Source: Octopus bimaculoides (Eukaryota). From it: a stretch of DNA of 64,000 nucleotides. The stretch is from the NCBI RefSeq assembly GCF_001194135.2, contig NC_068995.1, positions 28,887,873 through 28,951,872 on the forward strand, in the 5' to 3' direction. The first letter of the stretch is position 1. Each line of letters opens with the position of its first letter. The position numbers and the translations under genes were made by a program. A model generated the notes under the pieces. That model was given only the letters and a program-made list of their open reading frames with translations, did not search any database and was not told where the DNA came from. Shown here piece by piece: positions 25,524-39,146 of this stretch.

Positions 25524-25797
25524 CGTATGTATGTTGTTTAAACGCCAGAAGCTACGGTTTTTCATCCGGGAAAAATTTCCCTAGCGATTTCGATATTGTT
25601 TCATAAGTGAAACGGGTACAGGACATTGATAAACCGCAAATGCGGCGAAGTATGGAATCCTTCGTTCTCGTGCGCACTTCTGGAGCGATATCATATCTGA
25701 ATATATGTTTTTTGTTTGGTTTTTAACACCTTACGTCTTTAAACGGGTTTTTCTCGCGGGGGAAACAGCAACTTCTGGCATTTAAACAACACATACG
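25524..25797. mobile_element. MITE with about 30-bp TIRs flanked by TTAA (or TA)
   Basis: Left ttaa|cgtatgtatgttgtttaaacgccagaag; right cttctggcatttaaacaacacatacg|ttaa. Confidence 0.8.
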
Positions 25798-26448
25798 TTA
25801 AGTATATGATATGAATAATGTTTTCATTATACAGGTGTTTCTAATGTATAATCTGTATGTGTGTGTGTGTTGTGTGTATGTCGTATGTATATATATTTGT
25901 ATATCTATGTGTGTTGTGTAGAAATCGCGTTTGTGTTCCAGTTTTATGACGTGTTAGAAGTATATTTTCGGGTGTTTATACGAGTTGTATGGAACAATCC
26001 TCTCCATTAAAAAAAAATTTATCTACACTTTTAGACCTTCAAAGTCATATCTTATGGATGAAAAAGTATTCCTGAGAGTTGCTGCCTCGTTATAATATGC
26101 AAGGCTAAAGTAATTCGAGTAGACATTGCCATCGGAATTTAATATTTTGATTTTGGACTTATATGCCACTTTCACTTCATCGAGAAGACGAGAACACGAA
26201 CGCTTACAAACATTAATGACGGATTTTGAGAACTTTTATAGTTTTAAAGAAAATTTTTTTTAAATATGTAAATATTCAAATTATTAACGACATAAATTTT
26301 CAAAGATTTTATCTAAAAACCACTCTTTGAAATTCAACGAAATTACCACAGAATGATGGCAACAGTCAGATGCGCGTGGTGTGTAAATAGCGTGAGGTTA
26401 CGTAAAACGACAGTAACAACGGCCACTTACCAAATTTACGTAAACTTT

Positions 26449-27824
26449 CACTGTTTCAAATTATTAGCCAGGTGTAATTAAAACTCATGTAAACAAGAAA
26501 ATACCAATTTACTTGGTTGATGTACATACTGAAATGAACACATACAGTCATAAACATTGAAGAAATAAAAATAAACAAATAAACCATTCAAAATTGATAG
26601 GTGAGCTGGTTAGTAAGGGATATATGAGCCTTTGTTTGAAATAAGTTGGAAAAGGCGCTAGTCCATAGAACATGCTAGTTTCTGGATCTCCTCTGATGTT
26701 ATACCACAAGATACATCCACTATTGCCTGCCACCGTTCAATTTTGCTCCTAAATTGGCGTCCATTCTCGTAAACACGTCGCTTTAGAATACTCCACAAGG
26801 CAGCAACAGGCAGGTCATTTCATCTTCCGAGGTTCACAGAAGCCTAATTGTTACAGTTGCTCTGTAGTTTTCTTCGTTGAGTGCGAGGACACATTATGTT
26901 GCATCAGTATTATGGTTGTCTTGAAGGTGATGCGTTGCTTTTTTAACCATGGCTCAAGGTGCTCTCTCAGGTGGCTATGTAAGTATCCGCGGCCATTTTA
27001 ACACTGTCAGACACTTTGCAAGGACAAACCAAAATACCTCCAATGATACCTGCCCAAATCATGATGTCTCCTCCCTATTGCTGGCGTCTCAAGGGTTGAT
27101 GACGATCTCGTTCATTTACAACCCATCCTTTTCTCCAGTCATCGGGTCTATCAAGTGTAGCACGGGTTTCGTCCGTAAACAAAACTTTTGAAAAGTCGAC
27201 CTTCATATTATCTTCTGCCCATTTCAGACGATTTTGAATGTGTATTTTGTTTAAAGGAAGCCTTTTAACTGATGTCACTGGTTTACCGATGTTTTCAGAA
27301 AACGACATCGGGTAGTTCTGGACACAGTTCTTTCATCAATGCGCCTCAGAAGTTCTCCACTTGAAAGATCTGGGTTCCTTACAGCTTCACGCTTATTTCG
27401 CGACAGAAAACGTTGAAAAATACCCTTCGACTGACTCTTATCGGTTCTCTTACGTATCATCGTAGGAGCTGTAATAATCTTTTTCACAGATTGGTGATAT
27501 CTTCCAATTATTTTAGATATTTCTAATGTTCATTTACTTTGTAAGTTCAGAAGTAATAACAGATTTCTCTGAAGCAGTTAAGTCACATTTAAGATCCATA
27601 ATTACACGATGATCAAACCACTCATTAATAATTTGGAACACTGAAAGTTCATGGAAATCATTTAAATGGCTGCAGTTTGTTTACACTAACGGAATACTTC
27701 ACGTTTTTTACACACCAGGCGCATATAACTGTTGTTATTCTGCGGAGATTTCGTTGAATTCCAACAAGTAGTTTTAAAATAAATTTTTTTAAATGTTACG
27801 TCGTTAATAATTTGAAACGCAATG
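26449..27824 (-). mobile_element. Tc1-like transposon resembling the TRT (DD37E) family, near full length, decayed
   Basis: VLFTDETRATLDRPDDW..GW, RRQQ*EG.IMIWAGIIG, VKM...Y...L.EHLEPWLKKQ and LWSILKRRVYENGRQF. TIR core gtttcaaattatta at both ends, plus an inner repeat near 27625-27650. The region holding the catalytic E is deleted. Confidence 0.8.
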
Positions 27825-28012
27825 TATATGTTAAGGCTGTTCACCATGTCTGCAAATATATACTTATATTGTTACACGCGTCTAATCTTCCTATACCATA
27901 CTCAGACGAATATATAACTATTATATATAGTAACAAACTGCAATTATATCACGTATATACACTACTACGTCCGTTTGTACATGCATGAATACTTTACACA
28001 CACACACGCACG

Positions 28013-28062
<50 letters not shown>

Positions 28063-30376
28063 TTAGCACAAGCAGACAGACTTGCAGAAACAACTGCACA
28101 TATTAAATTCAGAGACGTGTATATATTTAAACCAAAAGAAAAATGAAAGTGGAATGAAAACAAAAATGAGAATGGCGTGTGTATATCAACGTACGGCGAC
28201 AAATGTTTTTCTAGAGAAATGCAATGGTAGGGATTGTAATTGTAAAGTCCAAGTAAATAGACGACTCGAGATTGCAATAGGAACTGGGGGAAGGGGAAAT
28301 CAAATCGTACCACTTCATATGAAACATGCACAAAATTTCCCTCTATGTCTCACACTCTCTGTTGCTTTCTTTTCTCAGCTTATAGTTATTTATGGATACA
28401 CAACGTACATGCTTTTTCTATATGTATGAAACTTTCTCAGCATAAATATATATAAACATACATATTTATAGATATATATAAATATACATATATAAACATA
28501 CATATTTTCATATATATATCCACAATATGTACGTCTATGCATGAAAATAAGGGGTTTCTTATAATTTGAGAATCTTTTTATAAGTTTATAAAATTTAAAA
28601 AACAAACATTTAAATTTTCTTTATCCTTTACGATAAATTTATACCATTGTTTTATATTACATTGTTACAGCAATTGTCGTTATTGTTGCTTTTGTAGATC
28701 AGTCATTTTTGTTCTTGTGGAAGTTTTTGTTGCTGGCATTTTTAATTAAATGTTTTATGGTGCCCGCAAATTAAATGCTTTAGTTTAAACCCTCTTATCT
28801 AAGTTACATAGCATTAGGTACAACTAATTCACCATGATAGCCGCTCTCAGAAGAGCTGGGGTATTTACCGCTCCGACTTTTTGGTCTTTACTGATGTAAT
28901 CTATCCCAGTTTCTGTTTTTTCTTCGAAACATGGAACTGTCGGATGTACTTAAAATTCATCTCTCTCCTACCTCTTTCTCTCTTTTCTCACTTTCTTTTC
29001 TCTCTCACCCTTTCTCCCGTTAACTCTCTCTCTTTCTCCCCTCTCACTTTATCTTCTCTCTTTTACTATTTTCAACTCTATGACTGTAATGAAAGATGAG
29101 CTAACGAACGAAATAAATTGGTACAGTCTTCCGCTTTTTTTTTTACCAAAAATATTTTATTTGGGACGTTTTTTATCTTCTTTCGCCTATGTTCCCATCT
29201 AATTTCTTATCTTAACCTAATTAGGTTATCTTTTTTGATGGTGAAACGATAAACAATACAAAACACAACATACTCAACGTTTTCTGTGTTTCTTTGGAAA
29301 ATGCTGTCTAAAGTAGATTCCATCTTCGACAATTAGAACAAATAACGACGGCAGAATAAGATGAGTTTTCTCTCACCATGTTTGCTGTTAACATTTACGA
29401 GTAACTGGGACATTGCGAATTATGTTTTGGCTAAGGATACAATAGTAAGCCGACACACCAGTACAAACGGGGAACAATATGCTTTCGACTGCATTCCTTC
29501 ACAATAACTTTTGACTAAACATTAGCTTTAGCATTAATTGATGTGATACCAATATATTACTGGTTCATAATAAATTTAATTTGATGCCTAAAAGCAGATG
29601 AAAAATTATAGCATTGATTCTGAATTTAGAATAAAAAAGATGCCACTCCTGCCAGCATTGTATTATTTATGTCACCTTAACTTAGTTTTCATGTTCAGTA
29701 ATATGTGAAAGATTCCCATAATCGGAGCTATTTGAAAACATACTGGTAGATGTATAATGACAAGCAATCCCAGCTGATCCGAAACAACTTCTATCTTTTT
29801 TATCTTCTGTTGGCTTTAGTCATTATGCTGCAACCATATTATGAGAGATTTTAAGCATTTTAGTTGCTCATATTGACGCCAGTACTTAGCTATAGATATA
29901 TTTTTTGAATGGGTAAGTTCTCTTCTTTTACACAGCAACAATTTTACACCGGTAAACATAAAAAACATAACGACACAGATAGACAGACAGACAAATACAC
30001 ACATACAAAGCATATATGTATGTATATATGCAATATATATACTTATACACGGGTGCCCTCTTGTCTCTGGACAATCTGCGAGTGTTCTTTAATAGTGTGT
30101 CACAAAAGTGGGCCTAATTTCCACCAGGTGATCATTTTATAATCTCGAGATTATCAAATCGGATTTCTTACCGAATGTCACGTAACGATGGGTTTTTTAT
30201 TTTCTTTGGATAAGGCGATAATTTCTATAAGCCACGAGATTAAATTTCACGGTATTTCTATATTTATTGTATCTTTATTCGTCTTCGTTGTTCAAATATA
30301 TATTACAGCCATTCTAAATCATTTCTCTTAGCATGTTTACGTTTACATTTATTCACAATAACTATATGCATGTGTG

Positions 30377-30466
<90 letters not shown>

Positions 30467-31672
30467 TATATATAAATGCACATTGTGTTCAGGACATCAC
30501 CAACGACCGAAAAATACATAAACAAACGAGAGAAAAGTACAGGACACAATACCTAAAGAAGATAACTCCTCATCAGTTGTCGGAACGTTTGTTACTCCTA
30601 TTTCGTGCTTTTAACGACAATATAGGGAAACTTCATGAGACAGCAGCATTCAGAAATTTAAAAAATATAAAATTCAAGGAGTGTTAGAACTTCGAACGAA
30701 CAAACAACGACAGAGTGGACGTACAGACTTAACAATCGAGGGACACAAACATTAAGGGCCGTTATATATATATCAATGAAAGACGCATTAAATATAAAAA
30801 CGTACACATAGGACAGACACAGAAGGTCTCTAATTCTTCATCAGATATCGACAGAAATACTAATACACAGTTTCATGCCTTTAACGATAAGACTGAGAAC
30901 TTTGCATATCGGCAGCATCCGCAAAATTTGCGGAGAATTAGGGCTGATGCAAACAAAACAATTGTATATATATATACTTATTTTTCTCTTTTATTTCCCA
31001 AAATCATGTATGTTTATTTTTCCTCAAAAATCTATTATATCTCTTATTCTGTCTTTAATACCCTTAACAGCCATATTATAATTAAATGACTTGACTTCTT
31101 TATGTTCCTTAATCACTTATATGTATATTTTTCAAATATTATAGTATTTTAGCAAAATTTCAACGTATAATATCTCCTCACATGAACTCGGCGTTCTAGT
31201 AAATTATTGTTTACGTTTGAATATTTAAAGCACCGTCCTCACCTTAGTTTATTTCGATGTTCAACACCTGAAAGTACACATCTATCCCTGAAGATATCCG
31301 ACTAAATGTTTTTTTACATTTAAAATCGCTCGAATGCTGATGATTCAAACCTAAAGCCTGATTGAAACATATGTAGGATTTATGTTGGTTATTTCTTATG
31401 TTGATCCGGTTCTTTTATATCCTGAATCTTATATATATTACTTTTTCATTGTGATACAAATAAATTTAACCAATTATCCACTATATATTTTTTCTTCTCC
31501 ATTTTCTTCTATTAACTTTACTCATTATTGGACTGCTTATACATATATATTGTGGAACTTACTTTCAATATATTTGATGACACCAGTTGGTATCCGGATT
31601 GTTATAAATAGTCCCTCAGCCACAGCGGTGTATACCTTCTCCATTTATCAACAAACACACTGCTTATAAACT

Positions 31673-31762
<90 letters not shown>

Positions 31763-32477
31763 TACATACATACATACATATATAGATACATGTATGTATA
31801 TACATATATATACGTATGTATATATATATATGTATATGTACCAGTATCTACATCTATCTATATACCTGTTTGCCTGCCTCCCTGCCTGTCTGTTTGTCTG
31901 TCTGTTTATCTCTCTGTCTAGCTAGCTATCCAGAAAAGTGTTAAATATGCAAACTGATCTTTCCAGCAAACCCTGAATGTTAATTGGTCTATAAGCATTG
32001 TATTCGAACGCAGGTGGACAATTACGATGTCAATAAGAAGCAACCAAAACACATGTGCAACTTTCATTCTTTTTCAGTTCACTTATGTACTCAACGAAAG
32101 AATTGTTTACATTCATTTTAATATAGTTTAAACTGAGAAAGTTTTAGATATGCTCTATAGTAAATCATAGAAATAAACAAAGCACTGCTAATAGCGAGAA
32201 ATTAGATGTTTGATGTTGCTGCCTATAAAGGTCGTTACATGTTAAAATTTGTTTATTCAGTTCAATTTAACCTCAAGCAATAATGATTTTACAAGCAATG
32301 CGTTTGTTGATAAATGAATAAGTTATACACCGCTGTGGCTGATGATGATTTGACCAAAATTCGAAAGGCGAGTGTCAGTATCCCTGCAATTTGTTTCCAG
32401 TACATTTTATACAGGCGAGTTCTAATCTACTAATACGTTCTATAGCTCGTTATGCAATGAAACGAAACATCACTATA

Positions 32478-32513
<36 letters not shown>

Positions 32514-32532
32514 CTATACATGTATATACACA

Positions 32533-32568
<36 letters not shown>

Positions 32569-32686
32569 NNNNNNNNNNNNNNNNNNNNNNNNNNNNNNNN
32601 NNNNNNNNNNNNNNNNNNNNNNNNNNNNNNNNNNNNNNNNNNNNNNNNNNNNNNNNNNNNNNNNNNNNNNNNNNNNNNNNNNNNNN

Positions 32687-32729
<43 letters not shown>

Positions 32730-35700
32730 TACATATATATACATATATACATATATACATACATATGTGCGTATGCTTGTGTGGGGGTGGGGTAAATCTA
32801 CACTGTAAAGCCTCATTGATTTCATTCAAATTTGACCACTTCTTGCTGCATAAACTTTTCTATTACTCTACAATTTTCATGAGGTTTTCAACTTATGCAA
32901 AAATAATAACCTTGTTTAGAATTTGTATTTACGAATGATTCTCCCATTTTTGAACGCATTGTCGCGTAAGTTTGTTTTCATGCGACCAATTTTCTCTAAT
33001 AATATTTTAAAATGTAGCGGAGTACTGATATTTTACAATGAACTTAAACGCGTATATGGTTCAGAATTGGTTTAGCTAGAGAATGTAGAAGTGGTCTGGA
33101 AAAGAGAAATATTGACCTAATAGTGAGAAGTATAAACCAATGGTTCTGATATGAAATTACACTGGACTCAGTCATTTGAGAATCTAGTATCTTGCAAGAG
33201 ATATGCTACATTGATGGAGATAAAATTCACGCCATTTATTTAATATCTAAAAACATTTCTATTCCACAAGCTATAGTGTCTTGGATAATTATGGATATTA
33301 TAAAGTAATTGAATATAATTTTTGCCTTATACTATGTTGTAAATTTTGATTTTCTTTTCTGTGTAATCATGAAAAAGTTGGAATATGAACTTTTTATAAC
33401 CATAGAGCTAAAACAATTTCTGTTAATGGTTTCAGTGCAAATACTTTTCTGTTTTTCTAAGACGGCTGTGACTCTTCTGGATTGCAATGCAAGTTCTTGA
33501 GCTCCATTCTAGTCTAATGATAGAATAAAAATAGAATAACTAATATTGGTGTTATGTTTCTCTCTTAGTGCCACAGCATTTTTTAGACAGAGAGAGGTGG
33601 AGAGAGAGAGGGGGGAGAGAGAAAAAGTGAGAGTGAGAATACAGTCGTACCTCCTTGATTCCTGCTCTTTGAGGTTTTGATTTCTAAGTGAATCAAATTG
33701 TGTTGCTGCATTGCTCATTCTATTCAAACACGTGTTGGTAAGATAGGAAGATAATCTAGCTTCAAGTGAGGCAAGGATCACCGTCAGCCTCTTTACACAT
33801 TAGAACGCTAATTCATACCTTTAAAAAATATAAATTCTCTATGTGAGTTTCTCTTATTTAAAGAGAATGCCTTACAACTAATTCCTGAACAGTTTTTATG
33901 TTAGTTTTGTTAAATAATACCCTGGAAATGATTTCATTGCAAATAAAGCTAGGTGGTATATTATATATTTTAAAAAAGATTTGCTCATAAAAAATGCTTC
34001 TGAGATAAAATATAGCGCCAATATTTGAAATGCAAAACATATGCCACCTTAAACAATCAGAAAGTGTGACAAAGAAAAAAGAAGACACACAATCAGGTTA
34101 ATAGTCCCGTTAAACTTTAGCAGTATGATATACAGAGATTTTTTAATCAGTGAATTGAAAGAAAACATGAAAATACATAATATTTTTTAGCATTAAACAT
34201 CCTTTACAAAAATAGAACAAAATGAATTAGAAAACAAAATACACTAGACAATAATAATAAGGCTGTTTATGCTATCCTATTATCGCTGAAACTTAGAACT
34301 TTGATCATTTAAACCATTAATGAAACCAGTGGAGAGGAAACATTTTTAATTGAAAAGAGAATAGAATTAGCAAATGTAGTAAAACGAAAAAAATATAACA
34401 AAACAGTTGTAATGAATTTTCTTTTATATAATAAACACCTGTTAAATGCATACTTAATATAAAATTTATTTGCTTTTGGGTTCCTTATTCTATTGTGTAG
34501 TTGATTCAATTTAAAATACACATAGAACTCGGAATAAAGAGCTGTTAAAGGCATATAGCAGATATCAAAAATAATGGTTTCTATCATTAATACATGGACA
34601 TGTCTTTTTCCACAAAACAAAGTATCTCAGAGAAGTAATCAATCTCATTTATAGCTCTTTAAAATCCATAAAACAAAAAACAAACATGAAAGTATGTCGA
34701 ATTTTTTGCTCAAATATTTCTATTTGAAGCTTTTGCCGAAAGTACTGACTCCAGAATACTCTCTGACTTGTAATTTTGTAATTAGACTGACTTAACTATT
34801 GTAATATATTCATTATTTTAACACTTTAACAACAAGAGTGCATAGTATATGGCTTGTAACATGAAAATATATTTAATCTCGATAATATCATATGTCCGAT
34901 GCTTACAAGGTATTAGTTTCCGATAAGTATCAACTATATGGATATAACATTTAGGGGATAGAGGTATTTTTATTGATTTGAGAAAAGGCATGTTTGTTTC
35001 TGCATGTTTCTGACATATAAATAGTACACACTATCCAATCTGTTTTCAGTTGTATAATATAGTTTTTAAATATACGCTTTTAAAGAACATCCCTATCTAA
35101 TAAAGAGATCTCCATGATTTTCATAAGTAATGATTAATTTATTCGACGACATCTGTAGAATGTCTAATTTTAAAATATTTACATTTCTGCTGTTACCAAT
35201 AAGATCGGTTACATTTGCTACTGAACAAAGCTAAGCTAAATCTTTTCGTTATCTTCCCTTCTAAGTCTCATACAAAGCAAGATCTATTATTATTCCTCAT
35301 TTCTAAAGCGGTTTTCATACAATTAAGGACAGTTTCAGAGTGTTGTATTATACCATTCGGTAATTAAACACTGTGAAATGTATGCGCTAATGACTGGTCT
35401 TGGACTGTTATTTACGGTAAGAATAGAAATACCAGGAAGTATCTCTTTCTATGTTAATGTTTGATAAAAGAGAACAGGCTGGCTTAAATGTGAATCACGA
35501 GAAAAATAGTAATAAGTGTTTAAACGGTTGAATTCTATGATCTAGAAGAGAATAAAAAAATGATGAATGAGCACGACCTTATAAAATATGACCATTAAAA
35601 AAAATTAAAATGATATTGTTGTAGCATTAAAGTTAGCTTAAATTATGGTAACATGTTTGGACCAGTGATTTTTATTTTTCTGTGATAATGCATATATAGA

Positions 35701-36027
35701 CTCCCAGTATTTACACTTGAGTAATCACTTAGAACAGTGATTCCCAACGTGGTCCTTGGGGCCCACCGGTGGTCCCCAGAAAATTTGTAGCCATGAAAAA
35801 TTGAAGCCATTTCAGATCTACACAATATTATTCGATAATAAAGACATTGTTAGTTAATAATAATTTATATGAAGACAGGATAATAATAAGAAAACAAAAT
35901 TCAATAATTATTCCATAAGAATCAATAATGTATATAATATATAATCAATAATATATTACAATCAAGAATTATATAATTTAAATTTTACAATCACAACAGT
36001 TTCATAATAAATTTGATATTTTTAATA

Positions 36028-36104
36028 GGTGGTGCTCCAGCAAAAAGGCGGTGCTCCAGCATGGCCACAGTCAAATGACTGAAACAAGTAAAAGAGTAAA
36101 AGAG
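36028..36104 (+). mobile_element. SINE family A, tail-only insertion inside the hAT element
   Basis: ggtggtgctccagca aaaa ggcggtgctccagcatggccacagtcaaatgactgaaacaagtaaaagagtaaaagag. Confidence 0.85.
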
Positions 36105-36199
36105 ATCACTACACAATATTGTTTAATAATAAATTTGATACTTTTAATTTATAGAAATAAAGTATTTATTATCCTTATTTTTAAAGATCAGTTGTAATA

Positions 36200-38502
36200 A
36201 TGTCTGAACCAACTGCTAAAAAGGCAAAACTGAGGAGCTACAAACAAAATTTTATCATGTTTGGTTTTATATCTGTAGACTCAAAACCTATGTGTCTTGA
36301 ATGTGATGCCATCATGACAAATCATTCCATGAAGAAAGTTAAGCTGGAACAGCACCAGAAATTAAAGCATCCATCATCTGTTGGTAAAGGTAGGGAATAA
36401 TTTGAGAATAAAAAGAAAATACAGCCAATCAAACTACCCGACTTTGTATAGAAGATAAATACTGAAAAAGCAAAGACACTCAAACCAAGTTATTTGGTCT
36501 CTGAAATTATTGCCAAGGTTGCAGCACCTCAGATTTATGGTGAGAAACTTTGTCAAGCCTGCTATGATAGCTTGTGCAAATGAGGTTCTGGGAAAAGATG
36601 CTGCATCTACTCTGAGTACAATTCCACTTTCAAATAACACAATTACAAGAAGACAGGATGAAATGTCTAACTTTGTTGAGNNNNNNNNNNNNNNNNNNNN
36701 NNNNNNNNNNNNNNNNNNNNNNNNNNNNNNNNNNNNNNNNNNNNNNNNNNNNNNNNNNNNNNNNNNNNNNNNNNNNNNNNNNNNNNNNNNNNNNNNNNNN
36801 NNNNNNNNNNNNNNNNNNNNNNNNNNNNNNNNNNNNNNNNNNNNNNNNNNNNNNNNNNNNNNNNNNNNNNNNNNNNNNNNNNNNNNNNNNNNNNNNNNNN
36901 NNNNNNNNNNNNNNNNNNNNNNNNNNNNNNNNNNNNNNNNNNNNNNNNNNNNNNNNNNNNNNNNNNNNNNNNNNNNNNNNNNNNNNNNNNNNNNNNNNNN
37001 NNNNNNNNNNNNNNNNNNNNNNNNNNNNNNNNNNNNNNNNNNNNNNNNNNNNNNNNNNNNNNNNNNNNNNNNNNNNNNNNNNNNNNNNATTGCATCAGAT
37101 GGAGCTGCAGCCATGACTGGAAAAGTGAAAGGTTTTGTTTCTAGAATGAAATCAGTTGCTCCTCACATTTTTTATATACATTGCATTATCCACAGACAGC
37201 ATTTGGTTGCTAAGAATATTGGAGGACACGTAGAAGAAGCACTCAACACTGCCATACATGCAATTAACTTTGTCAAATCAAACTCAGTGAATAATAGATT
37301 TTTTATGCAATTCTGTGAAGATGAAGATTTTAAAAACCCTATTGCTTCACACAGAAGTAAGATAGTTGAGCCTGAAAGACTAGTGAATTTGTGGGAACCG
37401 TTAATCAACTTTCTCATGTTCAAGAGTCAGATGACTCATTACAACTTCAAGAAGCAAGCTGATACAACTAAGAAAATTTTGGAAAGCCTTTCTGAGTTTA
37501 AATCAAAAACATTCTACTTAAGTGATATCTTCAAAATAGTGAATCTGATTAACTTAGAGCTGCAAGTTAGAAAATCAGATTTGGTCACCTGTTCTCAGAA
37601 GATAAAATGGTATATGGGGAAATAAAAATTTTGGAAAAAAACAGTTTAAAAAAAATTTGGTATCATTTCGAAATTTTAACACCACTACATCAGAATGCAT
37701 TACTGCATGCATTTCCCATCTTGAAGGTCTTCATGTAGACTTTGAGAGAAGATACAATGATATATTAAAGATGGATTATCCATTCTGGTTTGTAGACATA
37801 GAAAATTATGAGCCAGGAGATGAAAATTTTGAGTTGGTTGAAATGTTGTTGGATTTGAAAGAGAATATGAAACTGAGAAGAAGGGTTGGAAAAAAAGGTG
37901 TATTTGCCTACATATCGACAAAGGAATCACACCTATATATTTTTCGACTACACACTGAATCGTCGCAAGGTATGGAAGGTTTTCGAAGGACCGGAGAGAT
38001 TATGTCCGGGTGGAGAATTATACCAGATATAGTACTATACAAAATACCGAAAGGATCTTCACCTCTTACATCACACATTTCTTCTTACTTCAACGTCGAG
38101 ATGGTATAATTTCCTGGGAGAGAGATAATTTTTGCGGCTGAAGATAGCTTTACATTGTAGATTATACACATATTATATTATGTTATATTATATTATGTTA
38201 TATTATATTATACACATGTAGAGCTTGAAACACGTGTACCGCGGAATCCTTTGTAGTTTTGTTCTTATTTTTTTCTTTTGGATTTACAATTTATTTTTCG
38301 ACATGTAGAAGCAAGCATCATTTCTTACCCTACCACATGGATGGTGGAATCTGCATTTTCAGCTGTTGTAGATATTTTAAGTAGAAAAAGAAATAAATTA
38401 GATGTCAACAGCAGAGGAACTATCAGACTCAGACTAAATGAATTCATTAAAATTGATTATGATATCTTGTATCAGAAACACCAATATCAAGCTAGTCACT
38501 AG
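36200..38502 (+). pseudogene. Buster-type hAT transposase pseudogene
   Basis: BED finger PMCLEC...HQKLKH, IPLSNNTITRR, SDGAAAMTG, HCIIHRQHL and C-terminal YPTTWMVESAFS...KRNKLD. Disrupted by a stop near 36400, frameshifts, a gap and an insertion. Confidence 0.92.
37949..38291. mobile_element. 343-bp unclassified insertion with 11-bp target-site duplication
   Basis: tatttttcgac at 37938-37948 and 38292-38302; removing the insertion restores YIFRHVEASIISYPTT. Confidence 0.8.
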
Positions 38503-39112
38503 CTGAATGGACAAAAAATGAACGACTTTATGAAAAATGATTTTGATATCTTGTGTTTATCGTTGTTTACTAAACTAAATATTAAATTTTATCTTTTGTT
38601 TGCTAAAATAAATTTTAAGTGTAAAGTGTAAATAGACTATTTTGTCTTTTCATCAAGTATTTTTGTGTGAAAAGAGAACAGCATAAAGTAAAAGTAGAAG
38701 TGGTCCCTAGAAATTTTTTCAAGTAAAAAATGGTCCCTGGGCGGAAAAAAGGTTAGGAATCACTGACTTAGAATTATATTGGCACTAGTTGACTATATGT
38801 TGACTTGTGAATGAAATAGTTACATTTTCCAACATTTCTTATGATGCCTTTAAAGATGTTCCATAAAAAGCCAAGACAAATCAGAACTACGATTTTATTT
38901 CACTTACTGTCTCATCTCGGTTTCCGTAGACATAAACATACGAACATTCGCACACAGCCACTCAGCCACGTAAGCATTCACTCACATGTACATATCACAT
39001 AATTTCAACAACATATATAGTGACATATGCATGTGAATATATACATATANNNNNNNNNNNNNNNNNNNNNNNNNNNNNNNNNNNNNNNNNNNNNNNNNNN
39101 NNNNNNNNNNNN

Positions 39113-39139
<27 letters not shown>

Positions 39140-39146
<7 letters not shown>

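Larger units (their letters stand above)
35735..38765 (+). mobile_element. Full-length hAT transposon, Buster/Charlie subfamily
   Basis: TIRs cagtgattcccaac and gttaggaatcactg. Perfect 8-bp TSD acttagaa (35727-35734, 38766-38773) with the central TA typical of Buster-type elements. Confidence 0.95.

Noticed and set aside
29820-29912. Plus-strand exon-like segment with good acceptor and GTAAGT donor (similar case ending near 8201)
   Set aside because: Stops in all frames; a non-coding exon cannot be supported without transcript data.
30560-30850. Two minus-strand CTGATGA motifs in an A-rich repeat as hammerheads
   Set aside because: No correctly placed stem II, GAAA or NUH follows either motif.
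33651-33818. Minus-strand exon candidate (RLTVILASLEARLSSY...KEQESR)
   Set aside because: The best acceptor gives stops in all three frames, the alternative acceptor is weak, and there is no recognisable homology or partner exon.
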